Assembly: GCA_963575745.1 (NCBI GenBank)
Contig: CAUYUJ010000107.1
Coordinates: 62,001-118,160 of the forward strand
Length of the DNA stretch: 56,160 nt
Origin: Prorocentrum cordatum
Taxonomy: Eukaryota
Direction of reading: 5' to 3'
The position numbers and the translations under genes were made by a program. The notes below the pieces were generated by a model. The model did no database searches and was not told the DNA's origin. It saw only the letters and a program-made list of their open reading frames with translations. Position 1 is the first letter of the stretch. Each line of letters begins with the position of its first letter. Shown here piece after piece: positions 45,401 through 56,160 of the stretch.

Positions 45401-47494
45401 AACGGCGGGTGGAAGGGCCCCTGCATCGCGCCCGACGCGAACGAGGAGCGGAGGCACTTTGTGGCTGGGCCTGGAAGCAGAGGTTGCGGCCGAGGATTTT
45501 GGCATGGGCAGCGCGGCCTTGAGGTCCGCAGTCTCTTTTATCGCTGCCGTCCTGCAGGAAAGGCACCCGCCGCGTTCGGCTGCGTCCCCGGCCGCGAGAA
45601 CGTGCCCCGATCTTCTTTGGGTTGTAAACGCGCTCCGAAGGTGCGCGCGGCATTGCAGTGCGTCGTCGGGGCCCGCTGTAGAATCGACGACGCCACGGCC
45701 GCGCGGCCAGCCAAAAGCGTCTTCCCCGTATCGCCCACCAGGGAGCGAATCGCGACGCGCTGATATTTCTGCGATAGCGGCGATCAGCCTGGCGATCATT
45801 TCTACCGGTCCACGCGCGTCTCTTTCGGCGTCCGGGGTCTCATTGGCAGTGGCCATGCTCGCATCGCGCAACGCTTGGTTGCAACTCGGCCCGTCCGCTC
45901 GTTCGACGAGGGCTTCTCCTGGGGCGCCAGCGCAATCTGGGCGCGGAGACGGCCGCCCACCCTCTGTCGAGGGGGGCGGCGGCGGCGAGCAGGAGGAACA
46001 TGCCATGTTGCTACGCGACTGGCGCCATGAGTTCACGGGCGCACCCGGGCCGACTTGGGATCCCCCATTCGAGCCCCGCCCGCGCGACGCCCGCGAGCGC
46101 CGTCGCGGCGCCCCGCGAACGCGAACGCCACCTGTTCAAACGGCGCCACCGACCGGCGCGAGCATGAACGGAGTGATGCCCCCATCTCCCATCCATTTTC
46201 TAGCGCCCTTTCGATGGCCATCAACGCATCGCGCGCCGATGACCTTGGTTGACCTTGACCATTACGATTTTGATTCTGACGAGCAGGGGGGATTCGCCGA
46301 CTTGTGTTTCGCGGCCAACATGCACACGTAACGACTTCAATTGCACTCCTTTCTTCCTGGCGAAGTGGGCGCTGCCCGCGTCTGCGCCCCAGCTGGGGTC
46401 CAGGGAACCGCGGCGGTCAGAGAGGCCGATTTGCTCGCCGAGCAGGGTTGCAGCGACATCCCAGGGCAGGTAGCATCAGCGCTCTTGCCATCCGAATTCG
46501 AGATATATGTAGAAAGCCGATGCTTCACGAATGAGCTACTGCGGAAATCGCAGGCCGAAGTCTGCGTTCTCCGCGAGGCCTGACAATGTCGCGCGCGACG
46601 TGAAGGAGGGCACCCCGATGTGCAAGGCACGCAACTGACGTCGATTCGGGCGCCCGCGCCGCGGCCCGCGGAGGCAAGGCCAGAATGGGAGAGATCGCGG
46701 AGGAGAGCGACATCGACGAGGAGGAGGAAGCTGAGAAGGAGGGGGCGCATATTGAGGAAGGGGGGAGAGAGAGCGACGAGGAATAGAAAGAATAAATAGA
46801 AGAATCCGGATCTTGTCTCGGGGCCTCAAATAGGGCTTCGGGGGCCGCCAGGGCGATTCCAGCGCCGCCGCGACGCGCGCTTGCGCCCGGGACTTCGAGG
46901 CACCGCGCAGGCTCCCTGGTTTTGCGTCTCGCTGTCAGGGATTCGTCGTGGCGTCTCGTGGGGGCGCACTCGGGGCGCCAAGGCAATGTGGGCGGCCCGC
47001 GGAATGCTCGCTGGGGTCGTTGTATTTTCCGAGGCTGACATTCGCGCTGTTTGCCGCGCACGCATGATTATCGAATGGCGCGCGGTTTATCCCCCCGCCG
47101 TGCGCGGCACGTGGGCGCGAGGTTTATTCGGGTGGTTGATGGGCCCTCGTCGGGGGGGGTCCAGTGGCATACTGGAGGCGTATGTTGGGTTTATTGGGGG
47201 CGTCCTGGGAGGCTTTCGATTCGGGGGCGTTATGAAGCTTCATTCAGGCTTCCTGGGTGCTACTCGGTGACTTTTTTGGGCCTTCTTGGGGCAACTTGGA
47301 GGCGCCCTGGAACCGAAAGCTGGAAATGTCTGTTCGGGCTTCCCCTCTGGGCCCTTTCTTGGCGCCTTTTTCCCGGGGCCTTCATGGGCTGCATTGTTGT
47401 TCGGTTTGGCCGTCTCGGGGCCCTTGTGGGCCGTTGTGGGGCTCTCGTGGGGAGCTCTTGGGCCGTCTTGCACGTTGCGAAGGACCAGAAGGCG

Positions 47495-47551
<57 letters not shown>

Positions 47552-49799
47552 ATAGAAAACATACGTATTCTGGAGGGAATGGGGCGATGTTTGTTTCGTC
47601 GGGGCCTCTCGGGAGGCTTCGTGGAGGCCTCTTGGGACGTTTTGGAGGGTGCCGTCTGGAAGTCGCCGTGGGCGTCTTGAAATGACTGTTCGGTGATTCG
47701 GGGCCCTCGTGGACCGTCTTCGGGGCTCTGAAGGCCTTTTTGGCTGCTTGTGGCGGGGTTCTCTGCGCCCCCATGACGCGTTCGCCCAGGGATCGTCTGC
47801 GGCCGGGGGGAGTGCCACATTCCCGGTTGGGGGCCACTGGGGGAGGATTACGAGGGGGAACAATCGCACGCGCCTATAGACGCACAAAGGGTCGGCTGAT
47901 TTATTTAGGAATCGCGCTATTGTTTGAGCTTCTCTCGAGCAATTCATGCAGAATTCACGCTTCAGCTGCGCGTTTTCTCGACGTGTGCCTGGCTCTTTTC
48001 GAAGAGGCAGCGGATATGTTGGAAACGCAGAGAAAAAAGTGCAACGGGGGGAGGTTTTGTCGGAAATGCGCGGAAGAGTGTGAGAAGATGGCGCGCGAGT
48101 CGAACAATCGCAAACTGCAGAGGCGGCAACGGGGCCGCTGACTTGCTGCGCGCCAGGATGCGGGGTGTCTTTATGGGAGGTCGGTCGTTTGAGCCGTTGC
48201 CAAGTGGAGGGCCACTGCCGGAAGAGGAAGACTTCAAGAACGATCTGCGGAAAATGCCACGAGCGGGGCGTAACCGCGAAGGGAGTAGTCGACGCAACGA
48301 AGCGGTGGGATAGTGAACTGACCTTCGCGGCGTGCGGGGGCGTTCTCTAGGATTTGAACTGCTTAAACAAAATGAGGTGAACGAACATCGATGGACAAAG
48401 CACACGCGCGTGGTCTGCGCGGGTTCCGCGAGCCGTGGTTTCACGGCGCGCTGTGGGCAGTCTTGTCAGTGATTTGACACGAGCCAACAGAGACTGCCGA
48501 AGTCGGCGTTCTCCTTGAGGGGCGAACACTTCGCACGCGCCGAAAAAAACGGCACCTTGAAGTGCAAGTCGCGCAGATGATGCCCGTTCGGGTGACCATG
48601 GCGGAGATGGGTTTTGCAGCGGCGCTACAAGGAGCCAGGTCCGCGGAAGGAGAGCTTCGAAAGATGGCGAGAGGGATGGCGACGATTATGGAAAGGATCG
48701 CGCAGACAGGATGATGAGGCGGAGGAGGAGGGTGAGGGGGAGAAAGAAGACGAGGGGGAGGAGGAGGAAGAAGAGGAGGAAGAGGAGGAGGAAGAGGAGG
48801 ACGAGGAGGACGAAGGGGAATAATATGAGAAGGGGGAGGACGGATTAGTGGGAGGAACAGGAGGAGGAGGAGGAGGAGGAGGAGGAGGAGGAGGAGGAGG
48901 AGGAAGAGGAGGAGGAGGAGGAGGAGGAGGAGGAGGAGGAGGAGGAGGAGGACAAGGTACGCTGCAGACTCCCATGCCGTGAAATATCGGATTACTGTCG
49001 GGCTGCCCCGCCAACGCGTTTGGGCTGTGGGTCCGGGCTTTCAGGGGAGTTTTTGCGGCTCTCATCCTGACCTCGTCCCGAGGACCGCTTCACGGGGGTT
49101 GTTTCCCCACCGCTTTCCGAAAACTGTTTCGTGCCGGGGGCTTCGTGGAAGCAGTTGTGAAGCCTTGTCGGGCGTGTTCTGGGCCCTTCTGGCGCTTGTT
49201 GGGGGCCTCGTGGGGGCCTGTTGGGGGGTGTGTACGGGCGTCTGGAGGGCTCGTGGGTGCATCGCGTGGCGGTGAACTCGAATTGTCGGTCCTGGCTTCC
49301 GCTCCTGGGCCCTTCTCACGGCCGTCTTCGGGCTCTCATGGGCTGTTTTGGGCGCCTCTGGCTGGGCCGTCTGAGGCCTTTTCTGAGGGCCTGTTAGGTC
49401 GGTCTTGGGCGCCGGAGGCGCCGCTTTCAACACCGCCGAGGCCGAAGAAATGTGCATATTGTTTCCCCACAGGAATTGGACGAGTTTTGGTGTTCGGTGC
49501 CATCTTGGGAGGCTTCTGGGAGGCCTTGTGAAGCGTCCTGGGAGCATCGACGGCCGCGTGGAGGCAATCTTGGGCGGTTTGAAGCGTTTTCTCTGCGATT
49601 CGGGGGCCTTTTTGGAACGCCTTGGGTGCGTCTTGGAGTTTTTCTGGTCGTCGGGGAGCCCTCTCTCCCCCCATGGTGCGCTCGGGGAGGGGTCGCCTGC
49701 GGCCGGGGGGGGGCCGAATTCCCTGTTCGGTGTCCCGGTGGGGGGAGCATGATGGGGAGGGACATCGAATCTCGCACGCTTGGAGGCCCACAAATGGTT

Positions 49800-49995
49800 G
49801 GCGGATGACGGGAAGCGCCTCGGGCGTGCACCGTTGGTTCAGGGGCTTAATTTTCTGGGTACCGATTACATCCCGCACCTCGCTGGCGGATGACGGGAAG
49901 CGCCTCCGGCGTGCACTGTTGGTTCAGGGGCTTAATGACGGGAAGCGTCTTCGAGGTACGAGAAGCAAGCGGGACGTTCTGGCTGAATCCTTGAG

Positions 49996-50040
<45 letters not shown>

Positions 50041-50154
50041 TATTTTATATCTATGGGTTGCGGGGCCGCACGGGAGTTTTCGTTGGCGGATGACGGGAAG
50101 CGTCCTTCGAGGTACGAGAAGCAAGCGGGACGTTCTGGCTGAATCCTTGAGTAA

Positions 50155-50189
<35 letters not shown>

Positions 50190-50305
50190 ATATATATACT
50201 TTATATCTATGGGTTGCGCGATCGCACGGGGGAATTCATTGGCGGATGACGGGAAGCGTCTTCGAGGTACGAGAAGCAAGCGGGACGTTCTGGCTGAATC
50301 CTTGA

Positions 50306-50343
<38 letters not shown>

Positions 50344-50448
50344 TTATATCTATGGGTTGCGCGGCTGCACGGGATTTTCATTGGCGGATGACGGGAAGCG
50401 TCTTCGAGGTACGAGAAGCAAGCGGGACGTTCTGGCTGAATCCTTGAG

Positions 50449-50479
<31 letters not shown>

Positions 50480-50525
50480 TTATATCTATGGGTTGCGCGG
50501 GCGCACGGGATTTTTCATTGGCGGA
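49800..50525. repeat. ~140-157-bp tandem repeat with an embedded variable-length (TA)n
   Basis: Four full units starting ATGACGGGAAGCG near 49935, 50090, 50246 and 50388, plus two partial heads. Confidence 0.95.
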
Positions 50526-53500
50526 TTCCCCAAAATGGCCATTTCGCTCGAGACATCCTCGAAAAATCGAGGTGTTGGAGGCTATCGTTTAAGACGTTTT
50601 ATGTTAAAAATGACGGTTTCGCTCGAGACATCCTCAAAAAATCGGGATGTTGAAAAATATTAAAAATTTTTGTTATGCATGAAAAATGAGCGTTTCGCTC
50701 GAGACATCCTCGAAAAAATGAGATGCCGATAGAGGTGTTTTAGAACCTCTTATGTCAAAAATGACGTTTTCGCTCGGGACGTCCTCAGAAAATGAGCAGG
50801 TGGTCTGCCGTGCTCCCGTGTGGAGCACGGCAGACCACGGCCATTTCGCTCGAGACATCCTCAAAAAATCGAGGTGTGGTCTGCCGTGCTCCTGTGTGGT
50901 CTGCCGTGCTCCTGTGGTCTGCCGTGCTCCCACAGGAGCACGGCAGACCGCGCGTAGGAACCGAGAGGAGCACGGCAGACCAAGACGAGGAGCACGGCAA
51001 ACCAGGCTTAGGAACCGAGAGGAGCACGGCAGACCAAGACGAGGAGCACGGCAGACCAGGCACCAAGAGCGCCCTCAAGACGACGGAAAGGATGACCAAG
51101 ACGAGGAGCACGGCAGACCAAGACGAGGAGCACGGCAGACTATGCCCTAAGAGTGCCCTCAAGACGGCCGAACAACGGCAGACCCCATAGGAGCACGGCA
51201 CCTGTGGTCTGCCGTGCTCCCCACAGGAGCACGGCAGACCGCGCGTAGGAACCGAGAGGAGCACGGCAGACCAAGACGAGGAGCACGGCAGACCAGGCTT
51301 AGGAACCGAGAGGAGCACGGCAGACCAAGACGAGGAGCACGGCAGACCACAGGAGCACGGCAAACCACACAGGAGCACGGCAGACCACACAGGAGCACGG
51401 CAATCCCCACAGGAGCACGGCAGACCGCGCGCAGGTACAACATAAACGCGCCTTTTGTTGTACCCCGAACGCCGCTGGCGTTTCCCCCACAGGAGCACGG
51501 CAGACCCCACAAGCTCGCGGGAAACCCCAAATGAGCACGGCAGACCACAGGAGCACGGCAGACCACACAGGAGCACGGCAGACGCCACAGGAGCACGGCA
51601 GACCGCGCAGGAGCACGGCCGGCGCCGGAAAATTGAATTCCGAGGCGGTGCCGAAAAAAGGCCACTCCAAGACATATTTTTTTCTTTCGAAAATATTGAT
51701 TTTCTGCTCCCGGCGCCCGGGAACCCCTTCCGGGCCGCTTCTGGCACCCGGGCCGGCGCTCGAGCCAAACGCCCGGGCCAGCACCCGGGCCAGCGCCCGG
51801 GCCGGTTCCGGCGCCGGCCGGCGCCGGAAAATTGAATTCCGAGGCGGTGCCGAAAAAAGGCCACTCCAAGACATATTTTTCTTTCGAAAATATTGATTTT
51901 CTGCTCCCGGCGCCCGGGAACCCCTTCCGGGCCGCTTCCGGCACCCGGGCCGGCGCTCGAGCCGAACGCCTGGGCCAGCACCCGGGCCAGCGCCCGGGCC
52001 GGTTCCGGCGCCGGCCGGCGCCGGAAAATTGAATTCCGAGGCGGTGCGGAAAAAAGGCCACTCCAAAACATATTTTTCTTTCGAAAATATTGATTTTCTG
52101 CTCCCGGCGCCCGGGAACCCCTTCCGGGCCGCTTCCGGCACCCGGGCCGGCGCTCGAGCCGAACGCCTGGGCCAGCACCCGGGCCAGCGCCCGGGCCGGT
52201 TCCGGCGCCGGCCGGCGCCGGAAAATTGAATTCCGAGGCGGTGCCGAAAAAAGGCCACTCCAAGACATATTTTTCTTTCGAAAATATTGATTTTCTGCTC
52301 CCGGCGCCCTGGAACCCCTTCCGGGCCGATTCCGGCACCCCGGCCGGCGCTCGAACCGAACGCCCGGGCCGGCACCTGGGCTGGCGGCCGACGCGCGATG
52401 CGCTGCCACAAGCCAGCTTCCCGCAAGATCGGTCACACAGGAGCGCGGCAAACCACAAAGGAGCAAGGCAGACCCCAAATGAGCACGGCAGTCCACACGT
52501 TCGCACACGGCAGACCGCACAGAGCACGGCAGACCACATGAGCACGGGAGCACGGCAGACCACACAGGAGCACGGCAGACCACACAGGAGCACGGTAGAC
52601 CACACAGGACACGGCAGACCCCACGGGAGCACGGCAGACCACACAGGAGCACGGCAAACCACACAAGAGCACGGCAGACCATACAGGAGCACGCCAGACC
52701 ACACAGGAGCACGGCAGACCACACGTTCGCACGGCAAACTCCACAGGAGCACGGCAGACCCCAAAGGAACACGGCAGACCACAGGAGCACGGAAGACCGC
52801 ACAGGAGCACGGCAGACCACACAGGAGCACGGCAAACCAAGAAGGAGCACGGCAGACCACAGGAGCACCGCAGACGCCACAGAAGCACGGCAGATCGTCG
52901 TCGTCGTCATCGTCGTCGTCGTCTTCGTCAATAACGATCTCGAAAATTACGACAAAAAACGATGACAGAAAACGACCACAAACATACACAAAAACCAACC
53001 GAACACGGAATCCAACAACAAAAAAACAATCAGAAAAACGACCGCAATCATAAAATGATAACGACGGCGACAGCGAGAACGGCAACAGCGGACGATTATA
53101 ATGAAAACGACGACCACGACAAAGGAAAGGCACGCGACGACGACGACGGACAAACAAAAGACAAGACAGGCTGGAACAGAAAAAGTAGGCTGGGCGACAA
53201 CGGGTGGGGGCCCGCGTGGCCGAGAGAAAAGCACGGTGTCGACACCATGATGTGGCCAGGGCAGCAGACTACCTCGACAGACCAGCGCGGCAGGCCACCA
53301 TTTAGTCTGTTCTGTTGCGTTTATGGGTTTCTCTGACGTTCTCGCCAATACGGTCTCTGACGCACGTGGTGGATAAAAAACGGCGCTTCCCGTTCTTGTC
53401 CGGTCAGGTTCCCCAAAATGGCCATTTCGCTCGAGACATCCTCGAAAAATCGAGGTGTTGGAGGCTATCGTTTAAGACGTCTTATGTTAAAAATGACGGT

Positions 53501-54490
53501 TTCGCTCGAGACATCCTCAAAAAATCGGGATGTTGAAAAATATCAAAAATTTTTGTTATGCATGAAAAATGAGCGTTTCGCTCGAGACATCCTCGAAAAA
53601 ATGAGATGCCGACAGAGGTGGTTTAGAACCTCTTATGTCAAAAATGACGTTTTCGCTCGGGACGTCCTCAGAAAATGAGCAGGTGGTCTGCCGTGCTCCT
53701 GTGTGGAGCACGGCAGACCACGGCCATTTCGCTCGAGACATCCTCAAAAATCGAGGTGTGGTCTGCCGTGCTCCTGTGTGGTCTGCCGTGCTCCTGTGGT
53801 CTGCCGTGCTCCCCACAGGAGCACGGCAGACCGCGCGTAGGAACCGAGAGGAGCACGGCAGACCAAGACGAGGAGCACGGCAGACCAGGTTAGGAACCGA
53901 GAGGAGCACGGCAGACCAAGACGAGGAGCACGGCAGACCAGGCACCAAGAGCGCCCTCAAGACGACGGAAAGGATGACCAAGACGAGGAGCACGGCAGAC
54001 CAAGACGAGGAGCACGGCAGACTATGCCCTAAGAGTGTCTCAAGACGGCCGAACAACGGCAGACCCCATAGGAGCACGGCACCTGTGGTCTGCCGTGCTC
54101 CCCACAGGAGCACGGCAGACCGCGCGTAGGAACCGAGAGGAGCACGGCAGACCAACACGAGGAGCACGGCAGACCAGGCTTAGGAACCGAGAGGAGCACG
54201 GCAGACCAAGACGAGGAGCACGGCAGACCAGGCACCAAGAGCGCCCTCAAGACGACGGAAAGGATGACCAAGACGAGGAGCACGGCAGACCAAGACGAGG
54301 AGCACGGCAGACTATGCCCTAAGAGTGCCCTCAAGACGGCCGAACAACGGCAGACCCCATAGGAGCACGGCAGACCACAGAAGAGCACGGCAGACCAACA
54401 GGAGCACGGCAGACCACACAAGAGCACGGCAGGCCACACAGGAGCACGGCAGACCACACAGGAGCACGGCAGACCACAAAGGAGCACGGG
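50526..54490. repeat. Composite satellite: 75-76-bp CTCGAGACATCCTC array plus GGAGCACGGCAGACC minisatellite, duplicated at 2883-bp offset
   Basis: 50526 onward is nearly identical to 53409 onward for about 800 bp. The 15-mer occurs dozens of times in both orientations. Confidence 0.95.
51621..52390. repeat. 197-bp tandem repeat, about 4 near-identical copies
   Basis: Unit starts at 51621, 51820, 52017 and 52214. Confidence 0.97.
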
Positions 54491-54512
54491 TCCGTAGCCA
54501 TTTTGGCTCAAG
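54491..54512 (+). other. Perfect dinoflagellate spliced-leader (DinoSL) relic
   Basis: TCCGTAGCCATTTTGGCTCAAG matches DCCGTAGCCATTTTGGCTCAAG at 22/22. It is followed by CC rather than the GT of an SL RNA gene. Confidence 0.97.
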
Positions 54513-54580
54513 CCCCGCGCGGTTTCTTGGGTCTGCCTCTGGCGATAGCCAAACGGCGGGCCCTTCGCTCGGGCGCAGCC

Positions 54581-55798
54581 ATGGCGACGGGAGGGTGTGG
54601 AGTTGCACGCCCATTTCGCCGCAGCCCCGAGGACCGCAAGGCAGGGAAGCTGTGGGCTAGGCAGTCTGCCGATCGTGCGATCATCAAGCTCTCCGACGAG
54701 CTCAGGCGGGTGCAGGCGGACTTCGAGGCGATCATTTGCGGCCTCACCACCATCTTCGGGTGCGCGGAGCTGGCCGATCGCATCGTCGCGCTGGCGCCGG
54801 CCTTGGGGGAGAAGCTAGCAGGGCGCGTGCCGTCTGCGGCGCTAGCTGTGAGAAGGAACGTTGCCCTGCATTCCGACGCTCGCGGTGTACGAGTGTCGAC
54901 TGCGCCGATCGAGCAGTTGCGGCGCCTGCAGAAATATGGGGCCAGGCTGGAGGCCCGTGCGGAGGCAGAGAGCTTCACGTTCAACGCGGGCGCTGCGGAG
55001 TTCTTCCGTTGTGGCCCGCTCAGCACGTGTTTGGAATGTCTGCCGCTGCCTGGTGTGCTTGGCTATTCGGAGTCGGGCTTGTTCGAGGCCGTCGAGGGCA
55101 CCTCCGTGGCTTGCGCTGGTGACGGCGGCGGTGAGCATGATGTCGGCCCTGCTGGTGACGTGCCGTCTAAGGTGATCGCCCCCGAGTTCGCAGCTGGTCG
55201 CAAGTCGTCTTCTACTTCGGCGCCATCGCTGGGCCTGAGTCCTGTCGAAGGGCTGCGCCAGGGAGGTGGGGTTCCAGTTCGTGCTGTTCTTCCTGGGGAG
55301 CCGCTTCGTGCTGATAGTCTTCCGGATCTGCTGGCTGGCCCAGGACCTGCGGCGGAGGGGGGCTGTTGCAGCACCTTGGACGAGATCCTGGAGGCAGAGG
55401 TGTTGAAGTATGAGGCGCTGGAGGCCGCACGTGCTTCGCCTAGGGCCCTGGGGGCCGGCTCGGCCGAGTTCGACTACCAGGAGGTGGGCGCTGCCGACGC
55501 TGAAGCTGAAGTGGATGCGGCCTGCTCGGTGTCGGAGGCGGCGCCACAGGCCAGCACTGCGGTTCTGGCGTACCTGCACGCTCACCCTGCGGCGCTCCTC
55601 TCGGGAGGCGGCGGGGCCCTCGCGGCTCCTGTGGCTGGCGGTACTGGTCCTGGCGCTGGTTTCGAGGGCAGCCGCGCCCGCAGGAAGCGAGGTGCAGGCA
55701 TGGGGCGGCGCGCCCGTCGCGTCCGCTTCGACCTGCGTCCCGTCGTCATCGGCACGGCCTTCGAGGAAGATGCCGAGGCCCAGGTGCAGGACGGTTAG
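54581..55798 (+). CDS. Intronless SL-preceded hypothetical protein (405 aa) with a PAM2-like motif; retrocopy or retroelement ORF1-like
   Basis: GCCATGG start 68 nt after the SL; intact frame; helical N-terminus, RRNVALH, FTFNAGAAEF (54974-55003) and a low-complexity C-terminal half. Confidence 0.7.
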   Translation: MATGGCGVARPFRRSPEDRKAGKLWARQSADRAIIKLSDELRRVQADFEAIICGLTTIFGCAELADRIVALAPALGEKLAGRVPSAALAVRRNVALHSDARGVRVSTAPIEQLRRLQKYGARLEARAEAESFTFNAGAAEFFRCGPLSTCLECLPLPGVLGYSESGLFEAVEGTSVACAGDGGGEHDVGPAGDVPSKVIAPEFAAGRKSSSTSAPSLGLSPVEGLRQGGGVPVRAVLPGEPLRADSLPDLLAGPGPAAEGGCCSTLDEILEAEVLKYEALEAARASPRALGAGSAEFDYQEVGAADAEAEVDAACSVSEAAPQASTAVLAYLHAHPAALLSGGGGALAAPVAGGTGPGAGFEGSRARRKRGAGMGRRARRVRFDLRPVVIGTAFEEDAEAQVQDG

Positions 55799-56160
55799 CC
55801 GTGCGTGCGGACGCTAATTCCGTTTGCTCCGTGCATTCGCATTTCTTGTATTTGAATGTGTACGTGAGCTTGCAACACTTAGCTGTTGTCTCTGTAGCCA
55901 CGAGGTCTGTGAGTGCAGCTTCGCTGCTTCTGCATGCCTCTCGGCACCGCCCGCCCTCGTGGCCCTGGGGCCTAGGCGCCCCCGTTGGCCCTGGCGGCCT
56001 GCCCTCGGGGAGGCCCGAAGCGGCCCCTCGTGAGGGTGTGCTGGAGGTTGGCCCGAAGCGGCCCCTCGGGGAGGGCGGCCCGAAGCGGCCCCTCCTGCTG
56101 GCCCTGGAGGCTCCTGAGTGCCTCGGGCTCACCTTTTTTCCAGCCTTTACAGGCCCCACC

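Noticed and set aside
47900..48600. LINE ORF2 linker relic
   Set aside because: Only a vague resemblance (EEDFKNDLRKMP); too degraded to support a call.
50542..50870. CRISPR array
   Set aside because: Three spacers share sequence (TTATG..AAAAATGA), indicating a diverged tandem repeat; no cas genes or leader.
50785..53157. 790-aa and other long minus-strand ORFs
   Set aside because: They are translations of stop-poor satellite units.
54491..54560. SL RNA gene
   Set aside because: No GT donor or SL intron follows the leader; it runs into a 5' UTR and ORF.

Overview
Repeat-rich eukaryotic nuclear DNA, almost certainly from a dinoflagellate: there is an exact 22-nt spliced-leader (DinoSL) relic at 54491-54512 and a GC-AG|G intron. 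A Prorocentrum-like source is only an inference from GC content and repeat style. The assembly looks noisy (82- and 91-nt poly-T runs, a scrambled T-rich tract inside a gene, an N gap, many frameshifts). Main content in order: (1) a 2.4-kb palindromic satellite; (2) a co-oriented gene cluster at 2.7-12.2 kb encoding a small Zn-motif protein, an intact intronless ~1040-aa protein with ParB-like, HTH and divergent beta-class amino-methyltransferase-like regions, and a disrupted Ser/Thr kinase apparently fused to a 2OG-Fe(II) dioxygenase, together a candidate nucleic-acid-modification module; (3) a decayed, 5'-truncated 10-kb Ty1/copia retrotransposon carrying a RING-H2 finger, two C5-methyltransferase-like domains and an SL relic in its putative 3' LTR; (4) about 30 kb of MITE-like elements, LINE and copia relics, microsatellites and satellites; (5) an SL-preceded intronless ORF. 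All domain calls come from reading motifs by eye; no searches were run.
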